This document shows, piece after piece, positions 58,580-64,000 of a stretch of 64,000 nt of DNA (its first letter is position 1; the number at the start of each line of letters is the position of its first letter). The notes beneath the pieces are model-generated. The model saw only the letters and a list, made by a program, of their open reading frames with translations. It did no database searches and was not told the DNA's origin. Position numbers and translations under genes: made by a program. The stretch is from an uncultured Pseudomonadales bacterium (lineage in GTDB: Bacteria > Patescibacteriota > Microgenomatia > UBA1400 > UBA12028): positions 437,096-501,095 of the forward strand of contig CAZWPK010000001.1 in NCBI GenBank assembly GCA_964635905.1, written 5' to 3'.

Positions 58580-58944
58580 GACTTTGAGATCTCCCATATA
58601 TTACCATCTGGGTCCTTAAAGTATGCCACAGTTTGCCCCCATTCAGTTGTTTTGGGACCTTCAAAGACTTCAACATTCTTGGCCTTTAACGCTTCACATG
58701 TTTTGTCTACATCAGAGACTTGAAATCCATATACCGCACCACCTGCCTTTCCCATATTCTTTGCTGGAAACATTGCAATTGCTGTTTTTCTACTGAATAT
58801 AGCTAAAGAAGTCCCTTCTAATTTGAAATCAGCGAATTCACCATCGGTAGAGTTTACTTCCAAACCAACGACATCCCTGTAAAAAGTTAGGGAACGCTCG
58901 AAATCAGCTACTAATAAGCAAACTGCAAATAGTTTATTGAACAT
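58576..58944 (-). CDS. VOC/glyoxalase family protein
   Basis: V.DFERSLTFYRDVVG, WGQTVAYFKDPDGNIWE; SD AAGGAGGTG. Confidence 0.92.
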   Translation of the reverse strand: MFNKLFAVCLLVADFERSLTFYRDVVGLEVNSTDGEFADFKLEGTSLAIFSRKTAIAMFPAKNMGKAGGAVYGFQVSDVDKTCEALKAKNVEVFEGPKTTEWGQTVAYFKDPDGNIWEISKS

Positions 58945-59007
58945 ATTAAATTCACCTCCTTTCAGTATTTACAGGAAGGTTACCAGTTAAGTCTAGTATT
59001 CTCTAGG

Positions 59008-59019
59008 GTAGTTAACTAC
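59008..59019. promoter_or_regulatory. Perfect palindrome GTAGTTAACTAC (putative operator)
   Basis: Lies between the divergent VOC and wHTH-Nudix genes. Confidence 0.5.
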
Positions 59020-59053
59020 ACCAAGAATCAACTATAATTACGGTAGCTTTTAT

Positions 59054-59728
59054 ATGCACGAAACACAAAAAATACTACTGAAACGATTGCTTACACAGAA
59101 TGGGCAAAGATACTCCAGTCTCACAGTCGGCTACGATTTTGACGACAATGTCGTATTTCACCTTAAACAGTTAATTAATAAAGGTCTGATGAAGAAAGAG
59201 GCTGATAAATATCTAATAACTCTTGAGGGAATTAAAGTCATCACAGATTACGACTTACTAACCATCGAGGATACTGGATATAAAACGTTTTTTGTCGGAT
59301 TTTTATGTAACTTTGGAGATAAGTACTTAATAAAAGAACATCCCACTGAAACAACCAATTTTTATAATCTACCAAGCGGTAAACCAAGATTTGGAGAATC
59401 GATCGATATTGCTTTAATTCGTACCTTTGAGTCCAACACTGGTATCACTCTTAACAAAAAAGATTTTAAGTTTCGGTCGTTACACTTGAAGACTGTCAAA
59501 ACTTCATTAGGAGAAACATTATTTGATGATGCATTCACAATTTATACAGTGGAAATCAATCAAAAACAAAAAGAGAGAATGAAATTACACAAACAAATTA
59601 GTTGGAAGTCGATTGGTGAGATTCAAAAATTATCAAATCGCTGGCCAGAAATAGATATTTGTATTTTGAAAAATGACTCAAGTCCTTATCTTAGTTATGA
59701 ACTAAAGTCAGACTATATATTGAGCTAA
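59054..59728 (+). CDS. Winged-HTH plus degenerate Nudix protein (putative regulator)
   Basis: QRYSSL..VVFHLKQLINKG wHTH; LPSGKPRFGES...RTFESNTG degenerate Nudix box. Confidence 0.7.
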   Translation: MHETQKILLKRLLTQNGQRYSSLTVGYDFDDNVVFHLKQLINKGLMKKEADKYLITLEGIKVITDYDLLTIEDTGYKTFFVGFLCNFGDKYLIKEHPTETTNFYNLPSGKPRFGESIDIALIRTFESNTGITLNKKDFKFRSLHLKTVKTSLGETLFDDAFTIYTVEINQKQKERMKLHKQISWKSIGEIQKLSNRWPEIDICILKNDSSPYLSYELKSDYILS

Positions 59729-59733
59729 CTGTT

Positions 59734-60204
59734 TTAAACTCCAGCTCTTTTGTCAACTAAACCACCCATATAGTTTGCTTTGTAGATTATTTTGTCGCCT
59801 TGAGTTATTTGTTCCTCTCCAGAATATCGCTCAACATCACCAGTCCAACTGTTGTGATAAGTAAATTCACCATCGACAAATTCTTTAGGTCCACGGAAAG
59901 GCGCATCTTCAGGCATCTGCTTTAGAGCACCCCTAAGAATTGCGTAAACCGGATCTGTAGCTACTCCCTCTGCGACCCAGCCATAATAAACCATCATCCA
60001 AACCGGCTTGTCCTGATAAAAAGCGACAAGTCTACCGCCATATGGTTCGCCACCGAAGAAATTATCGTGAGATTTCCATTCACCTTTAGTATAAGGAATT
60101 GTTGTTGATCCATCTGATTCTTTTATCCATTTCTTTTCTTCACCACCAGCATAACCAGCGTTGTTTGAATCGAGTAGAAAATTTACAAGAGCTTGTTTAT
60201 TCAT
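59734..60204 (-). CDS. DUF5680-like protein
   Basis: SHDNFFGGEPYGG, PFRGPKE. Confidence 0.8.
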   Translation of the reverse strand: MNKQALVNFLLDSNNAGYAGGEEKKWIKESDGSTTIPYTKGEWKSHDNFFGGEPYGGRLVAFYQDKPVWMMVYYGWVAEGVATDPVYAILRGALKQMPEDAPFRGPKEFVDGEFTYHNSWTGDVERYSGEEQITQGDKIIYKANYMGGLVDKRAGV

Positions 60205-60527
60205 AGTTCATCCTCCGATAGTAATGGGTATATATCAAAAGCGACTTCTTCATAGGGATGAACTTTGCGCATTGCAGAAATTACGTCTTTTGCTTTATCT
60301 CTGTCACAGACGCACTCGACACGTTCTTCTTGCACCTCTTCAGGTTTGCCAACCTCACCAATGGTTGGATTAGCACCTTCAAGAGGAAGAAATCATCCAA
60401 TATCATCTATTGAATAACTGCAGTGACTGTAATTCCCGATCTTTCCCGCACCAGCACCACCCATCGCTTTACGAACGATGTCTGTGTGAGACTTTGGTAC
60501 GAACACAACTATTTTAACTTGCGACAT
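60201..60527 (-). pseudogene. YqfO/NIF3 PII-like insert-domain protein with premature TGA
   Basis: MSQVKIVVFVP..GAGKIGNYSHCS..IG*FLPLEGANPTIG..HPYEEVAFDIYPL; TGA at 60393-60395. Confidence 0.8.
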
Positions 60528-60540
60528 ATTATTTTTATGA

Positions 60541-60861
60541 TTAGTTATCCCAAAGTTCCATTAGTAATAGGACTTTGAGAGTCTGATTTGGTAACGAGTG
60601 GTAGTTATAGACAGTATGGGGTGGAATTGTAAAAACATCGCCTTTGGCAACCTTGGTGACATCTTTCCCAATAACAAATTCTCCTACTCCATCCACAATA
60701 TAATAAATTCTTTCTAGATCATTTGTATGGACTTCACCGTGGTCATTTGTAATTTCGGCATAAACAACTGACTGATAACCATTCAAGTGTTTAAGCTTGT
60801 AGTTCCAGCTTTTCGTCTGATCCCAGTCTTGGCGAATTGATTGTTTTTGAGTGATTTTCAT
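60541..60861 (-). CDS. Cupin domain protein
   Basis: IYYIVDGVGEF...GDVFTIPPHTVY; ATGA overlap with the SDR gene. Confidence 0.85.
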   Translation of the reverse strand: MKITQKQSIRQDWDQTKSWNYKLKHLNGYQSVVYAEITNDHGEVHTNDLERIYYIVDGVGEFVIGKDVTKVAKGDVFTIPPHTVYNYHSLPNQTLKVLLLMELWDN

Positions 60862-61589
60862 ATGTTCCAATTAGTCATCTTTAATTCAATGGTGTCTATT
60901 TGGATTTTCCTAGGAGCGGCAATAGCTTCGACAATATAATGAGCGACTTCAGCTGGATTCATTTCCGCGCTGTGATCGTCACCAAAATCATCCCCCGCAT
61001 TTTTATCTATATTGGTGGTAATCGGACCGGGATGAATCGAGGTGACTTTAATATCTGAGTTATTGTTATATCTAGAAGCTAAGGATTTTGTATAACCTGT
61101 GAGAGCCCATTTAGTGGCTGTATACACAGACCAATTCTCATTTTCAGGATAAGGTAGTCCAGCAATAGAATTTATAAACACGAAATGACCAGATTGTTGC
61201 TTCTCAAATTGAGGTATAAGCGATTCAGCAAAATATATTGGGCCTAAAGAGTTAGTCTCAAAAGCCTGTTTAATTCTTGAGAAATCGTTGGTAGCTATTT
61301 TGTTTGAAATCCAAACACCAGCATTGTTGACTAAAACATCAACTTTGCCAAACTTTTCTACGATCTTGTTAACGGTTTCTTTTACCTGGGTAGCATCAGA
61401 AACATCACAAGTAAAACACTCTGCTTTTCCACCATCGTTGACTATTTGTTCTTTTACTTTTTGAAGTAGATTTTCTTGACGAGCAACAAGGGCGACAGTT
61501 GCACCAACTCTAGCAATCTGGCAAGAAATTTCCCTACCAAGTCCTTGACTAGCACCTGTGACAATAATAATTTTATCTTTAAGTTGCAT
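60858..61589 (-). CDS. SDR oxidoreductase
   Basis: TGASQGLG, NNAG, YTATK, HPG. Confidence 0.93.
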   Translation of the reverse strand: MQLKDKIIIVTGASQGLGREISCQIARVGATVALVARQENLLQKVKEQIVNDGGKAECFTCDVSDATQVKETVNKIVEKFGKVDVLVNNAGVWISNKIATNDFSRIKQAFETNSLGPIYFAESLIPQFEKQQSGHFVFINSIAGLPYPENENWSVYTATKWALTGYTKSLASRYNNNSDIKVTSIHPGPITTNIDKNAGDDFGDDHSAEMNPAEVAHYIVEAIAAPRKIQIDTIELKMTNWNI

Positions 61590-61684
61590 GTTTGTATTTT
61601 ACTTTAATTTGCCTAGAGTATAAAGGCGATACATAGCAACAGTACCTCAATCTCTAAAAAAGTCCAGCCATTCTTTTTCCCAAC

Positions 61685-61718
61685 AAAAGATGCCTGCGGT
61701 TTAGTTCAGGCATCCTTT
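61685..61718 (-). terminator. Intrinsic terminator
   Basis: GATGCCTG...CAGGCATC plus TTTT. Confidence 0.75.
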
Positions 61719-61735
61719 GTATTTAGCCGTAGTCA

Positions 61736-62290
61736 TTATCTACCCAGGTCGACTACGATGCTTTTGTTGCTCCAGAAACTGGCGTTGTACTGGAACTTTA
61801 AGCCTGTAGCTGTTTTGGGTACTTCAAATCCGACCCAATCAGTTTTCTTGGCTTTGGCTATCAGTGCGCCGTCTAATCCCAGAGACCCTGGATTTTCCAT
61901 TCTCTTGCTGGTTACCGTAGTCTGATATTGATTATTATCTTTATCAGTCACAAACATCTGGCCTAGGGTAGTAATGTACTCTTGGTTTGATCCAGTGTTT
62001 TCAACCGTCAGATTCAGCTCTATCCATTGGTTTCCAGATGATGGCTTGGTGTATTGACCACCTTGGGATGTCTCTACTTTATTAACGGTTAGGATGACAT
62101 CACCCATTTGGACTTTATCGCCGACTTTATACATCTGCTGGGTAGGCTGATTGTTAGTATTGGTCGCGGTTTGGGTAGTAGTGGAGTCGTTAGACCCAAC
62201 TTTCTTGCTTTCGCCACCTTTACTGCCAATCATTCCCAGAACAATGATGATGAGTAGGGCAATTCCGCCCCATTTTAGTAATTTTTTCAT
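61736..62290 (-). CDS. DUF4352-like membrane-anchored Ig-fold protein
   Basis: TM, YKVGD.V, NLTVENTG, VGFEVPK; SD AAGGAGGTG. Confidence 0.8.
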   Translation of the reverse strand: MKKLLKWGGIALLIIIVLGMIGSKGGESKKVGSNDSTTTQTATNTNNQPTQQMYKVGDKVQMGDVILTVNKVETSQGGQYTKPSSGNQWIELNLTVENTGSNQEYITTLGQMFVTDKDNNQYQTTVTSKRMENPGSLGLDGALIAKAKKTDWVGFEVPKTATGLKFQYNASFWSNKSIVVDLGR

Positions 62291-62396
62291 TATTTTCTCA
62301 CCTCCTTTCTTTAACTGAATAATACCGCTTTTAGCCATGAAATGCTAGTTATCGTCTGTAGAGCTATTGACATCATTTAGTTACGCTTTATGTACT

Positions 62397-62609
62397 ATGT
62401 CAATAACTCCTACCAGAAAGCAGTTTGGCAAGAGGCTAAGAGCCTTAAGAAAGAAGGCTGGGCTGTCTCAGGAGGAATTAGGCTTTAGAGCCAACCTCCA
62501 TAGAACTTATATCGGTTCTATCGAAAGAGCTGAGCAAAACGTGTCGGTGGATAATATCCACAAACTCGCTAAAGCCTTGAAAGTCTCGGCTGACGAGTTC
62601 TTCAAATAA
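62397..62609 (+). CDS. XRE-family HTH regulator
   Basis: FGKRLRALRKKAGLSQEELG..LHRTYIGSIERAEQN. Confidence 0.92.
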   Translation: MSITPTRKQFGKRLRALRKKAGLSQEELGFRANLHRTYIGSIERAEQNVSVDNIHKLAKALKVSADEFFK

Positions 62610-64000
62610 TTAAAATCTTTTACCCCACATCCCTGCGGTGATGGGTGCGTCTAAGTTTCGGTACTCTCCAGTGAATGGATCTATTCCCCAACGATCCCTT
62701 GGTGGCTCGGTAGGGCCATTTGATTTATAGGTTGGTCTGTCAGACTGCAAGACTTTTAAAACGATTATGGTAAATGCATCAACCAGATCGTCATGCTTTT
62801 CGATGCCAAAATTTACGATTTGACTAATGAGAGACTCTGCACCTTTTTGTGGGAACAGAACTTTACCTTGTCTGATATATGGCGTTGCCATTTCTAACCT
62901 TGTCTGTTTATTCATGCCGGATATCGCAACTGGTTCTGCTAATATTTTTTCAATAGTTAATTGTTGAACGACTGCCATTTGGTAGCTTACATTTTCAACT
63001 AAAACCGTAGGTACTCGTTTGTAGTCTTGTTCTAAAACGGCACTAACTCTTTTAATTTCTAAAATCGTATCGGGAAAGTTCATCCGTTTATTTACGATAT
63101 ACGGCAGGACGTATATTTTTAAGTCGTCCCCGTATCCAATAACAATAAAGGGAACGAGGGAGGTAAAATCTGCACTGCTTTTTTCGGAAATAGCCAAGTC
63201 AATTCCGATTCCTAAAATTCGATAATATCGTAGGTCTGGCAACTTATCATAAAACTGTGGCCAGCTCCTTTGCACGATTCTCTTATCGTCAGAAATAAAC
63301 TTGAGTAAATACTCACGATACCAAGCTGATTCATCTGCAACCTGTCGTCTTTTTGTTTCGATATGCATCATCGAGGGATATTTGCCAAGCCAAGCGATAT
63401 TGTCATTTTTATCGAGTAAGGGGTATTCTTTGTAGACTCCATCCATTTTTCCGTTATTAATATTTTCCTTTAGTCGCATCATTAGAGAGTCTTCATGCAA
63501 GAGGTTTCCGATAATAACAATCTTAGTATTAAGATCGCCGATAGGCATAACCTCTCCCGTAAACCAATTCCACACTTTGTCCCGACCCTCTCTAGTTTTA
63601 ACTGATTCCAAATCTTCAACGTCATCAATCACGATAAGGTCTGGCCGATACTGGTAGTGGCGTAACCCTCGGATACTCTCACTTTGAGAGATGGCCGAAA
63701 TGCGAGCGTTAAATTGGGGAATTACAAATGAGTTAGACCTCCACTCATCGGCAACTTCATTAAATGGTCCAAAGTCTCGGATTAATAATTCATTTGATGA
63801 CAATTCTTGTTTAATGTTAGTTAATATTTGCTTGGATAGATCCTGAGTTTGGCTAACAACTAAGGTATATTTCTTGGCAGGTCTACCCACCATTGCCCAG
63901 ATTGGGTAGGCAAGACTGGCAATGGTCGATTTTGCCGAACCTCGAAAAGCCGTTATCGCTACTTTTAATAATCCGTCATTTTGCAGCAGATTAAATATTT
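62610..64000 (-). CDS. Phage terminase large subunit-like protein; 5' partial
   Basis: Frame open to the window end with Walker A AFRGSAKS; IVIDDVE Walker B; GIDLAIS and HDDLVDA nuclease motifs. Confidence 0.85.
   Translation of the reverse strand, partial: IFNLLQNDGLLKVAITAFRGSAKSTIASLAYPIWAMVGRPAKKYTLVVSQTQDLSKQILTNIKQELSSNELLIRDFGPFNEVADEWRSNSFVIPQFNARISAISQSESIRGLRHYQYRPDLIVIDDVEDLESVKTREGRDKVWNWFTGEVMPIGDLNTKIVIIGNLLHEDSLMMRLKENINNGKMDGVYKEYPLLDKNDNIAWLGKYPSMMHIETKRRQVADESAWYREYLLKFISDDKRIVQRSWPQFYDKLPDLRYYRILGIGIDLAISEKSSADFTSLVPFIVIGYGDDLKIYVLPYIVNKRMNFPDTILEIKRVSAVLEQDYKRVPTVLVENVSYQMAVVQQLTIEKILAEPVAISGMNKQTRLEMATPYIRQGKVLFPQKGAESLISQIVNFGIEKHDDLVDAFTIIVLKVLQSDRPTYKSNGPTEPPRDRWGIDPFTGEYRNLDAPITAGMWGKRF

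Larger units (their letters stand above)
55206..64000. mobile_element. Integrative element beside tRNA-Glu (continues beyond the window)
   Basis: Large serine recombinase next to the tRNA, AT-richer cargo, terminase-like gene; second att site not in window. Confidence 0.75.

Overview
This 64 kb window comes from a small-genome bacterium using the standard code. The gene set, streamlined proteins (half-length AtpH, trigger factor without FKBP domain) and DUF5660/DUF5665/DUF5680-like genes suggest Patescibacteria (CPR), probably Microgenomates; this is inference. It has three parts. (1) Bases 1 to about 2500 are the end of an AT-rich island with a CD-NTase/AGS-C (CBASS-type) cyclase, an XRE HTH and a PLD nuclease; it ends at a junction that truncates one gene on each strand. 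(2) About 2.5-55.2 kb is core genome: epmB/epmA/efp, a class A PBP, pheST, thrS-infC-rpmI-rplT, tig, pyk, argS, rarA, secA, serS, lysS-HD, greA, the F1Fo atp operon and three tRNAs. (3) From 55.2 kb to the end is an element beside tRNA-Glu with a large serine recombinase, detox/repair cargo and a terminase-large-subunit-like gene. The most unusual signal is about 20 short orphan ORFs wedged between core genes, including four consecutive atp junctions and between attenuator leaders and their genes. Many are bracketed by degenerate 13-40 nt direct repeats of the local gene start or end, suggesting recurrent cassette-like gene insertion. Also found: compact T-boxes with the cognate codon in an apical loop (argS, serS), a Phe-Phe-Phe leader-peptide attenuator (pheST), an uncalled histone-H1-like gene and two genes with one in-frame TGA. 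All alignments and family calls were made by eye; no database search was run.
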